Origin: an uncultured Myxococcales bacterium
Lineage (GTDB): Bacteria; Myxococcota; UBA4151
DNA length: 22,059 nucleotides
Assembly: GCA_964013405.1 (NCBI GenBank)
Contig: CAXGWI010000048.1
Span: 1-22,059, forward strand
Direction of reading: 5' to 3'
In this document: positions 1 through 8,005 of the stretch, one piece after another
Layout: each line of letters begins with the position of its first letter
How positions within the stretch are numbered: position 1 is the first letter of the stretch
Notes under the pieces: generated by a model
The model's database searches: none
Seen by the model: the letters and a program-made list of their open reading frames with translations, nothing else
Told to the model about the DNA's origin: nothing
Translations under genes and position numbers: made by a program

Positions 1-118
1 ACCAGAGGACGGTGTTGAAGGTCCCGAAACCACGGGGCTTGAGTCCACACTTGCTGGAACCACCGACGTGGAGCCCAGCAGCCTAGAACCCCGACAGGAT
101 GAACTGCGAGCGCCCTAG
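1..118 (+). CDS. 3' end of an unknown gene (partial; acidic, Pro-rich tail ...PEDGVEGPETTGLESTLAGTTDVEPSSLEPRQDELRAP*)
   Basis: Frame 2 is open from the window edge to TAG at 116-118. This stop overlaps the stop of the convergent DHS-like gene in a shared CTAG (115-118), a typical convergent overlap. Confidence 0.45.
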   Translation, partial: PEDGVEGPETTGLESTLAGTTDVEPSSLEPRQDELRAP

Positions 119-1110
119 TCCTGCTGGGAGGCCAAAGACTCCCGGACCATTTCAAAAATCACCGGTGCCACAATCGTAGCGTCAGACTCGATGATATAAC
201 GAGGCGTGTCGCCGGCCAGTTTCCCCCACGTGATCTTCTCGTTCGGGACGGCGCCGGAATAGGAACCATAAGAGGTCGTCGAGTCGCTAATCTGACAAAA
301 GTACTGCCACAGCCGACAATCCTCCTGCAGATCCTGGCGGATGAGGGGGACCACACAAATTGGGAAATCCCCGGCGATTCCACCACCGATCTGGAAGAAA
401 CCGAGGCCTCGATCTTGGGTCGTCTCCCGATACCAATGGACCAGGGACTCCATGGCCTCGAGGCCTGAGCGAATTATTTGTCGATTGTCGACATCACCTC
501 GCAGCACAGCCGCAACAAACATATTGCCAAGGGTCGAGTCTTCCCAGCCAGGAACGAAGAGAGGCAAATCGGCCTCAGCGGCGGCAAGCAGCCAGCAATC
601 CGAAGGGTCCATCGATGGGCTCGGACTCAGATCGCCGCTTAACAACAACTCGTAGAGAAACTCATGAGGAAAAGCCCGGCGACCCTCGGAGGACGCCCGC
701 TGCCACCGCCTTAAGAGATGGTCTTCGATGCAGCGCAGGGCCTGAGCCTCGGGGATGCAGGTATCGGTGACTCGATTGAAGCCTTGACTCAACAGGGCTT
801 CTTCATCGCTGGGCGTAAGGTCCCGGTAATGGGGCAAGCGCCGGTAATCATCGTGGGCGACGAAATTGAAGACATCCTCTTCAAGATTGGCCCCTGTGCA
901 GCAGATTGCAGAGACTGCACCCTGCCGGATCAATGGGGCCAGGGATCGCCCCAACTCCGCAGTGCTCATCGCCCCAGCCAGGGTCACAACCATGCCATGT
1001 CCATCGGCCAGCAGTTGACACCAGCCGGCAGCAGCCTCCGGCACGACGGCCGAATTGAAGTGACGATAATGCCGCTTAACGAAGTTATTGAGTTGCATGA
1101 ATGAGTGCAT
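115..1110 (-). CDS. Deoxyhypusine synthase-like protein (bacterial DHS family, possibly polyamine/homospermidine synthesis)
   Basis: Family motifs TLAGAMSTAELG, CTGANLEED, GFNRVTDTCIPE, FQIGGGIAGDF and SYGSYSGAVPNEKITWGK, which contains the catalytic Lys equivalent. The start could be 1098 instead. Confidence 0.9.
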   Translation of the reverse strand: MHSFMQLNNFVKRHYRHFNSAVVPEAAAGWCQLLADGHGMVVTLAGAMSTAELGRSLAPLIRQGAVSAICCTGANLEEDVFNFVAHDDYRRLPHYRDLTPSDEEALLSQGFNRVTDTCIPEAQALRCIEDHLLRRWQRASSEGRRAFPHEFLYELLLSGDLSPSPSMDPSDCWLLAAAEADLPLFVPGWEDSTLGNMFVAAVLRGDVDNRQIIRSGLEAMESLVHWYRETTQDRGLGFFQIGGGIAGDFPICVVPLIRQDLQEDCRLWQYFCQISDSTTSYGSYSGAVPNEKITWGKLAGDTPRYIIESDATIVAPVIFEMVRESLASQQD

Positions 1111-1216
1111 CCCTCCCCACTGCTCCCGCGGCGGTACCGCCCAAGGTGCCCCATGACAAGACCTGGGCTGGAGCCCTCGATTGACGAGTGGGCGCTCAAC
1201 CGTCGGCGGTGCTCCT

Positions 1217-1245
1217 TTGACCCTGCGGGTCAGGGCCGCTAAAAT
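1217..1245 (+). promoter_or_regulatory. Putative sigma70 promoter TTGACC-N17-TAAAAT with an overlapping inverted repeat
   Basis: TTGACC at 1217-1222, a 17-nt spacer, TAAAAT at 1240-1245. GGAG (1261-1264) precedes ATG 1276. The palindrome TGACCC-tgc-GGGTCA spans 1218-1232. Confidence 0.6.
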
Positions 1246-1275
1246 GTGGCGACGAGCAATGGAGCGGTGTCATCT

Positions 1276-3513
1276 ATGAACAGCAGACGAGCGTTTCTCA
1301 TCATCCCGCTCATATTGGCCTGTAGTCCGGAACCCGAGACGAACGGCGATGAGAAGGCTGCATGCGTCAACGATGCCGATTACTTCAGTGATGAGGTCTA
1401 TGGGCAGGTCCTCAATCAACACTGTGTGGGTTGCCACAACCCCCAAGGCGTTGGACGAACCAGCGAACTGGTCCTGAAAAACAGTGCGCTTCCAGGGTAC
1501 ATGGAAGCGAATCAAGCCATGCTAACGGATCTGGCGCGCCTCGAACGAGACGGTGAATCCATTCTCTTGCTCAAGCCCACCAACCAAACCCGCCACGGCG
1601 GTGGCCTCGTCATTGAGAAAGACAGCGAACCCTATCGAATCCTCGAGGAATTCATCCGGCGGGTCGACCAACCCGCGCAATGCGCAGATGAAGATATGAA
1701 AGATGACGCTGCACTCGAAAGCGTCGAACTCAACGACCCCCTTGAGACCCTGCGCAGCGCGAGCTTACTCCTCTCTGGACGGTTGCCGAATCCGGACGAG
1801 ATTCGCCGGGTTGAGTTGGGTCAAACCGGTGCGTTGCGACTTGTGCTCCACGAGTTGATGACGGAGGAGAATTTCTTTGTCTGGCTGCGGGAGATCTTCA
1901 ACGACAAGCTGCTCACTGACCGTTATCTGGGTGGCAACAATGCCACCGAATTGCTGGATCAAAACGCCTTCCCCAATCGGTATTGGTACGAGGGTTTTGA
2001 GGAACGCCAAGAACGCAACAGAATGCGGGCATGCAGCCAGTTGGGCGTGGCCCGGGCCCCCCTCGAATTGATGCTCCAAATCGTCCGTGAGGACCGACCC
2101 TTCGGGGAGATTCTCACCGCTGACACCATGATGATGAATGCCTGTTCCGCACGAAGTTTCGGAATGGGGGACTTGTTCCCCAACGACCCAGACTCTTACC
2201 CGCGGGAACTTTTTGTCGAGACCCAACTACCGGACCGGCCTCACATCGGCATCCTGTCCACCCACGCCTGGCTGCACCGTTTCCCAACCACCGCGACGAA
2301 CCGTAATCGTCATCGCTCTCGGGTCTTCTACGAGAACTTTCTAGCAACGGATATTCTCGCTCTGGATGCACGCCCGATCGATCAAGCGTCATCGGATATT
2401 CACAACCCGACGATGAATGACCCCCAATGCTCGGTCTGCCATGCCAACGTTGATCCCGTTGCCGGCTTGTTCAAGAATTGGGACCTGCGAGGCCGATACG
2501 AACCCCCAGAGCTCGGCTGGCACGGCGACATGCGGCAACCGGGCCTCGGTGAAGAAACGCCGCTGCCTGGGGACCGAAGCCAAGACAGCCTGCGCTGGCT
2601 GGTCGAGCAGACGGTCGATGACGTACGCTTCGAGTTGAGTATGTCCCGTTGGATGCTCGAAGCCTTGACCGGGCGCCCGGCGCTCAAACCCTCGGAGTCC
2701 AACCCCCAGTTACAAGCAGCCTACGAACTCCAAGACCGCCAGCTCAAAGCCGCCGGCGCCAAATTTAGAGAGAGCGGACAAAACCTAAAATCCCTGTTGA
2801 GTGCGATCGTCCTTTCCCCGCTCTATCGAGCAGAGGCGGTCACACCAGGGGGGGATGCGCCCCAAGCCCTGGGCCGCGCACACCTCCTGACCCCCCGGCA
2901 GCTAGACCGCCGCATCCGAGCGGTTACGGGCTACTCATGGCGCTGGTATTACAGCAACTCCAGTTCGCTCACGACCACCTACCGGATGCTGTATGGCGGC
3001 ATCGATTCCAATGGCGTCACCAAGCGGATCACCCAACCAAATGGTTTGATGGCCGCCATCGCTCGCCGCATGGCGAACGAGCAGCCCTGTAATGCGGTGG
3101 CCCGGGATTTCGTCCTGCGGGCCGAGGATCGCCGCTTGTTCCCACTGGTTGAGCCCACGTTCGAGCCGGAAACCATCGATGGGTTCGTCATCGAAGGGGC
3201 CACCGAACGTATTCGTGCAAATATCCGCCATCTCCACGAGCACGTACTCGGTGAGCGCTTGAGTATGAACGATCCAGAGATCGACCACACCTATCAACTC
3301 TTTTACGACGTCTGGAAGGAGGGCCGACAGGCTGTCCAGAACGGCGATGAGCCCGAAACGCTCTATGGTGTCTGCCGGGGGACGACCAACTTCGAAACCC
3401 GGGAAGCCATTCCAGAAGAACGGCGCATTTCCTATGACCGAAACTACACCCTGCGCGCTTGGAGTGCGGTACTCACCTACCTCTTAAGTGATTACCGCTT
3501 CCTGTACGACTAA
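1276..3513 (+). CDS. Lipoprotein with two CxxCH motifs, DUF1588/DUF1592-like (Planctomycete cytochrome c-type) partner of DUF1501
   Basis: Lipoprotein signal MNSRRAFLIIPLILA-C; CVGCH followed by LLLKPT..HGGG; GILSTHAWLHRFPTTATNRNRHRSR; second motif CSVCHANVDP; lies directly upstream of a DUF1501 gene. Start moved from 1246 to ATG 1276 because of the RBS and promoter position. Confidence 0.7.
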   Translation: MNSRRAFLIIPLILACSPEPETNGDEKAACVNDADYFSDEVYGQVLNQHCVGCHNPQGVGRTSELVLKNSALPGYMEANQAMLTDLARLERDGESILLLKPTNQTRHGGGLVIEKDSEPYRILEEFIRRVDQPAQCADEDMKDDAALESVELNDPLETLRSASLLLSGRLPNPDEIRRVELGQTGALRLVLHELMTEENFFVWLREIFNDKLLTDRYLGGNNATELLDQNAFPNRYWYEGFEERQERNRMRACSQLGVARAPLELMLQIVREDRPFGEILTADTMMMNACSARSFGMGDLFPNDPDSYPRELFVETQLPDRPHIGILSTHAWLHRFPTTATNRNRHRSRVFYENFLATDILALDARPIDQASSDIHNPTMNDPQCSVCHANVDPVAGLFKNWDLRGRYEPPELGWHGDMRQPGLGEETPLPGDRSQDSLRWLVEQTVDDVRFELSMSRWMLEALTGRPALKPSESNPQLQAAYELQDRQLKAAGAKFRESGQNLKSLLSAIVLSPLYRAEAVTPGGDAPQALGRAHLLTPRQLDRRIRAVTGYSWRWYYSNSSSLTTTYRMLYGGIDSNGVTKRITQPNGLMAAIARRMANEQPCNAVARDFVLRAEDRRLFPLVEPTFEPETIDGFVIEGATERIRANIRHLHEHVLGERLSMNDPEIDHTYQLFYDVWKEGRQAVQNGDEPETLYGVCRGTTNFETREAIPEERRISYDRNYTLRAWSAVLTYLLSDYRFLYD

Positions 3514-3524
3514 GGATGACCATC

Positions 3525-4790
3525 ATGGACCGACGAGAATTCCTGAAGCTAACGGGGGTCGCAGGACTGGGGTTAATCGCCCCGACGATGCCCCGCATCG
3601 CATGGGCAAGCACCGCAGCCGGCGAAGCCTATACGGGGACTTTTTGGGTCTTCGTACAAGCCACTGGTGGCTGGGATCCAACCAGCCTCTGCGACCCGAA
3701 AGGGCATCTAGGCGAAGATGATCCGGACCCCATGAACAAAGCCTACCATCGGGACGATATCCTGACCGCTGGGTCGATTCACTATGCGCCCGTTGGCTAC
3801 AACGAAGCCTTCTTTACGAAGTATCAGAACCGTCTGCTCGTCCTCAACGGGGTCGACATGCAGACCAACGGACACGATAGCGGTCGTCGGCACGCATTCT
3901 CTGGCTCACTCAAGGAAATGCAACCCAGCCTGCCGGCCTTATTGGCCCACGCTGCCGCACCCTCTGCAGCCCTCGCCTTCATTTCGAACGGTGGCTACGA
4001 CCACACGGCCGGACTCATCGCCCCCACCCGGGTCGATGACACGGGCAGTTTGGCAAATTTGGCCTACCCTGGTCGCATTCAGCCAGGTTCGAGTACCGAC
4101 ACCTGGCACAGTGAAGCGACCAACGCACGCCTGCTCAAAGCCATCAATGACCGACAAGAGCGACAGTTGGCCAAATCGACGCTGCCCATCGAACGCAAGG
4201 CCATGAATGCCCTGTTTACAGCCCGCAGCGGGCGCAATGAACTCAAGCGGTTGACCGAGTTCCTACCGGCCGAGCTGGACCCCGTGCGGATGAAGCGCCA
4301 AGCGCAGGTTGCCGTCGCCAGTTACAAGGCCGGCATCACAGTCTCTGCAACCATCACTCAGGGGGGCTTCGACACCCACAACAGTCATGATCAAAATCAC
4401 ATTCCTCGGCTCGCCAGCCTTCTCGAAGGTGTCGACTTTCTGATGGAAGAAGCGGAACGACAGGGTGTGGCTGACAAGATGGTCGTAATGGTCGGGTCCG
4501 ATTTCGGCCGTACGCCGGGTTACAACGAGAACAATGGCAAAGATCATTGGTCCGTCGGTTCCATGTTGTTGATGGGCCAGGGCATTCGGGGTGGGCGCGT
4601 GATCGGCGCGACCACCGAGCGCCATCGCCCACTGACCGTGAACCCCCAGAGCTTGGAACTCGACGACGGTGGAATTCGGCTCAAACCGGCTCACGTACAC
4701 CGAGCGATCCACCGGGCCGCCGGCATCACCGAAATCGACGCCTTGCGCATGCACCGGGTCGATGGTGAGGATCTGGACCTGCTGACTTGA
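3525..4790 (+). CDS. DUF1501 family protein with Tat signal peptide
   Basis: Twin-arginine signal MDRREFLKLTG; motifs GGWDPTSLCDPK, GGFDTH, GSDFGRTP and GKDHW. AAGGA at 3512-3516 favours ATG 3525 over 3516. Confidence 0.85.
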   Translation: MDRREFLKLTGVAGLGLIAPTMPRIAWASTAAGEAYTGTFWVFVQATGGWDPTSLCDPKGHLGEDDPDPMNKAYHRDDILTAGSIHYAPVGYNEAFFTKYQNRLLVLNGVDMQTNGHDSGRRHAFSGSLKEMQPSLPALLAHAAAPSAALAFISNGGYDHTAGLIAPTRVDDTGSLANLAYPGRIQPGSSTDTWHSEATNARLLKAINDRQERQLAKSTLPIERKAMNALFTARSGRNELKRLTEFLPAELDPVRMKRQAQVAVASYKAGITVSATITQGGFDTHNSHDQNHIPRLASLLEGVDFLMEEAERQGVADKMVVMVGSDFGRTPGYNENNGKDHWSVGSMLLMGQGIRGGRVIGATTERHRPLTVNPQSLELDDGGIRLKPAHVHRAIHRAAGITEIDALRMHRVDGEDLDLLT

Positions 4791-6211
4791 GATCAACCTG
4801 GTTACGCCTCGGAGCGACCGGTCTCCTGTTGCTACCCCTTGCCTGCCGGGAACTGCCCGCGGCCGTCGAGCCCAATACAGCCGGGCAATCCATTCGCTGC
4901 GGCGACGGTATCCTTGGGGCCGATGAAGCCTGCGACGACGGTGAGCGAAACTCAAATTCAAGGGCAGATGCCTGTCGTAAGGACTGTCGCTTGGCCCATT
5001 GCGGCGACAGCGTCACAGACACCGGTGAGGGCTGTGATGATGGCAACCCCTTCAACGCCGATGGTTGCTCCACGGCCTGTGCGATCGAGGACGGACAGCC
5101 CGAAGAAGAACCCAACGATGAGCCTGGCGAAGAAGCCCAACTCCTCCTCCCCGGCATGACCGTCTTCGGTGTGCTCGAGGAAAACGATCAGGATTGCTAT
5201 TCGATCCGAGTCCCTAATCAAGGCTACCTGACGGCCACGGTCGGCGATGGGCAAGGGAACTGCATGGGCGACACCTATCTGCGCCTTTACGGCCCTGACA
5301 ACGAGAGGATCCTGGCCCGAGATGATAACAGTGGCGTCGATGGCTGTTCGAAAATCGACCCCCAGGTGAAACAAGGTGCACGCCATCTAGGCAGTGGCCT
5401 CCACAGTCTCTGTGTCCAAGGCTTCATGAATATCCCCGTCAGCGGCTATGCAATCACCGTGGACCTAGGGGCCGATTCATGTGCCCCCGGTGCTTTCGAG
5501 CCGGTCGATAGTCTCGATAACGACAACGATGGCATCCTCGATCTATGTGATGACGATGACGACGATGACCGAATACCCGACGAAGAAGACAACTGCCCTG
5601 AAGTCTCCAATGGTCCTTATGCCCCTGTCTTCCATCCCAACTACGAGGGCTTTATTCGCCACTGGCTCCTGCTGGGTGCCTGGGACAACGAGTTGGCTCG
5701 ATGCCTCCCAACGGAAGAGGGACTCCTCCCCAATGAAGGGGATCTGCAGCCGGAGCCATATCAGGTCAACGACAACAAAGAGTGGCTCGCCCACAGCGAT
5801 CGAGATGCCTACATCGATCTCAACGGCGTCTTTCCCTACAATCAGCAGTTCGAGGCCTACGCCTTCGCCCACGTCCGCGCCCCCGCGGCACAGCGGGCCC
5901 TGCTTGCGGTGGGGAGCGACGACGGAATGCGTACCTGGCTCAACGGCGAAGCGGTCATGGAAAGTGCCGACTGCCGCGGTGCACAGCCGGACCAAAACGT
6001 GGTGGAAGTGGACCTCGTGGAAGGCTGGAATCGCCTGCTGATTCGAGTCAAAGATCTCGGTGGCGGCTGGGGTTTCTATGCCCGCTTTCTCAACGAGGAT
6101 GGAAGTCCCGTGCGAGGCCTGAGCGTGCAGCACACTCGGCAGGTGGCCCACGACGACAATCAGATTGACCGAGACGGCAATGGCGTCGGGGATGCCTGCG
6201 AAGACGACTAA
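4787..6211 (+). CDS. Lipoprotein with myxobacterial Cys-rich (DUF4215-like) repeats, a PPC-like domain, thrombospondin type-3-like Ca-binding repeats and a PA14-like beta domain
   Basis: Lipobox LLLPLA-C; two CGD..CDDG..C...C repeats; EEEPND...DQDCYSI (PPC-like); DNDNDGILDLCDDDDDDDRIPDEEDNCP and DRDGNGVGDAC (TSP3-like); WLLLG...VGSDDGMRTWLNG...GWNRLLIRV (PA14-like). The TTG start overlaps the DUF1501 stop. Confidence 0.75.
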   Translation: MRSTWLRLGATGLLLLPLACRELPAAVEPNTAGQSIRCGDGILGADEACDDGERNSNSRADACRKDCRLAHCGDSVTDTGEGCDDGNPFNADGCSTACAIEDGQPEEEPNDEPGEEAQLLLPGMTVFGVLEENDQDCYSIRVPNQGYLTATVGDGQGNCMGDTYLRLYGPDNERILARDDNSGVDGCSKIDPQVKQGARHLGSGLHSLCVQGFMNIPVSGYAITVDLGADSCAPGAFEPVDSLDNDNDGILDLCDDDDDDDRIPDEEDNCPEVSNGPYAPVFHPNYEGFIRHWLLLGAWDNELARCLPTEEGLLPNEGDLQPEPYQVNDNKEWLAHSDRDAYIDLNGVFPYNQQFEAYAFAHVRAPAAQRALLAVGSDDGMRTWLNGEAVMESADCRGAQPDQNVVEVDLVEGWNRLLIRVKDLGGGWGFYARFLNEDGSPVRGLSVQHTRQVAHDDNQIDRDGNGVGDACEDD

Positions 6212-6271
6212 ACTCCCGGCCCTCTCCGGCTTTCGTATCAACCACGACGACAGGACCAACCCGCCTAGGGT

Positions 6272-7324
6272 CTAGGAAATAGCCTCCGAGTCGGTGGGGG
6301 CCTCGTCATCCATAGAGAAGGGTCCACCGACCCGATGGATGCGATCGGAAACGTCTGGGTGGCGAGCAAAGTATCGGTCGATGATGGTCATCCGCGTATC
6401 CTCGTCGCTCTCGGCAAAGAAGAAATGCCCAAAGTCCGCCCGCCAGACCGTCAACAAGTGAGAATGGTGCGCTTCCACCTCTTGGAGCGCGTGACTGAGC
6501 CCCCGAGGATTACGCGTGTACTGGACCGCAGCGGCGTCGGCGAGCCAGTCCCGTTCCCGGCATGCGACCGCTTGGATTAACCGGGCCATGAGCGAGCCGG
6601 GATACCCAAGAATCAAAATGAACATCGCGGGGACAGACAGCGGCGTTGCCAGCCCGCTGTCTTTGTCCATTTCGGTTTGCGGTTCAATCCCCCAGGTGTT
6701 GACGTTCAACAGGGCCATGGACAGCTTGAGATAGGTATTGAGACCGGCCACAATGCCGGTCAGTTGCATGTTCATCCGCATATCGCCGTGGATGATGTGA
6801 CTATACACATGGGCAACGACCGCCTGGGTTGCGGCTCGATCCAAGCGATGTAGCAGCCCATCAGTGACCCCGATGACCGCGTCATCGGCCGAGGTCCCCG
6901 CAGCAAATGCGTTGATGCCTGGCTCACCGGTGATGACCCAGACGCTGGGACGTGGGTGCCCTGCGGCGAGGCTCATCTCTTCAACTATATGAAAGAGTTG
7001 TCGCTCCTCCCCTTTCGCAGTCTCCAGATCCAGTTCGGTTGCGAAAAGTTGGTCCGCGATCCAGGCACCGCCACGCCGAAGGTCCTTCATCGTGACAGCA
7101 CAAACAAAGAGACTGAGCGCGGAACACAGTCCAAACACCACCCAGCCCCACCCCTCATCGCCGAACAACCAAGCGATAAAGAGTCCTAGCAACGTGGGCG
7201 TGAGAAAGAGGGTCAAACCACCACAAACCGAGAGCCAAAAGATGCGCCGGCGGGAGCGATCTTGCTTCTCCCAAAACGTCGCAATAATGCGCGGCTGTTC
7301 CGGCTGCTGCTCCTCTGAGTCCAA
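6272..7324 (-). CDS. M48/HtpX-like membrane metallopeptidase homologue with degenerate active site (probable pseudo-protease)
   Basis: N-terminal TM helices, VEEMSLAAG..P.VWV, INAFAAG, IGVTDGLL, LADAAAVQYTRNP.GL and HP. HEXXH reads HVYSH. Lies directly downstream of lemA. Confidence 0.8.
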   Translation of the reverse strand: MDSEEQQPEQPRIIATFWEKQDRSRRRIFWLSVCGGLTLFLTPTLLGLFIAWLFGDEGWGWVVFGLCSALSLFVCAVTMKDLRRGGAWIADQLFATELDLETAKGEERQLFHIVEEMSLAAGHPRPSVWVITGEPGINAFAAGTSADDAVIGVTDGLLHRLDRAATQAVVAHVYSHIIHGDMRMNMQLTGIVAGLNTYLKLSMALLNVNTWGIEPQTEMDKDSGLATPLSVPAMFILILGYPGSLMARLIQAVACRERDWLADAAAVQYTRNPRGLSHALQEVEAHHSHLLTVWRADFGHFFFAESDEDTRMTIIDRYFARHPDVSDRIHRVGGPFSMDDEAPTDSEAIS

Positions 7325-7327
7325 GGC

Positions 7328-7930
7328 TTAGCTGAAGTCGACCTTCACAGCTTGACGCTCAGCCGCGTCCTCCACTTCCCACAGCGCGGCCGATTGGAAC
7401 CCCAACATGCCGGCGAAGAGGACCGCGGGAAAAACCTCCCGACTGGTGTTAAAGACGGTCACCGAATCATTGTAGCCCTGGCGGGCGAAGGCGACTTTGT
7501 TTTCCGTCGAGGTCAGTTCCTCCATCAACTCGGTCATGGTCGCCATCGACTTCAACTCAGGGTAGTTTTCGGCGACCGCATAAAAGCCCCGAAGGGCGCC
7601 GGTTAACAGGGATTCGGCGCCGGCAAGAGCGCCCATGGCGGCCGGATCACCGGGATTGGCAGCAGCCGCACTGCGGGCCGACATGGCCCCAGACCGGGCC
7701 CGGGCCAAGTTTTCGAAGGCCTCAACTTCGGTATCCACGGCTTTCTTCGCCGTTTCCACCAGGTTAGGGATCAGATCGTAGCGACGCTTCAGTTGCACAT
7801 CGATCTGGGCAAAGGCGTTCTTATAGCGGTTCCGCAGCGTCACGAGCTTGTTGTAGATCCCCACCGCGATCACCAACACGATGATCGCACCCACGATCAA
7901 GATACCAAAGACAACTCCCACAGCGAGCAT
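7328..7930 (-). CDS. lemA: LemA family protein
   Basis: N-terminal TM, YNKLVTLRN, AFAQIDVQLKRRYDLIPNLVET, AENYPELKS and ELTSTENKVAFARQGYND. Purine-rich RBS GGAGAGGG upstream. Confidence 0.95.
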   Translation of the reverse strand: MLAVGVVFGILIVGAIIVLVIAVGIYNKLVTLRNRYKNAFAQIDVQLKRRYDLIPNLVETAKKAVDTEVEAFENLARARSGAMSARSAAAANPGDPAAMGALAGAESLLTGALRGFYAVAENYPELKSMATMTELMEELTSTENKVAFARQGYNDSVTVFNTSREVFPAVLFAGMLGFQSAALWEVEDAAERQAVKVDFS

Positions 7931-8005
7931 AGCGCCCCCCTCTCCTTGGAACGGAACTTAGGGATTGTTCTCCATGGCGGCAAGCAATGGCGAGGATCGC
8001 AGCGA

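Noticed and set aside
6212..6276. Possible terminator between convergent genes (CCTAG-GGT-CTAGG)
   Set aside because: The stem is only 5 bp, has no U-tract and overlaps the stop codon, so it is not supportable.
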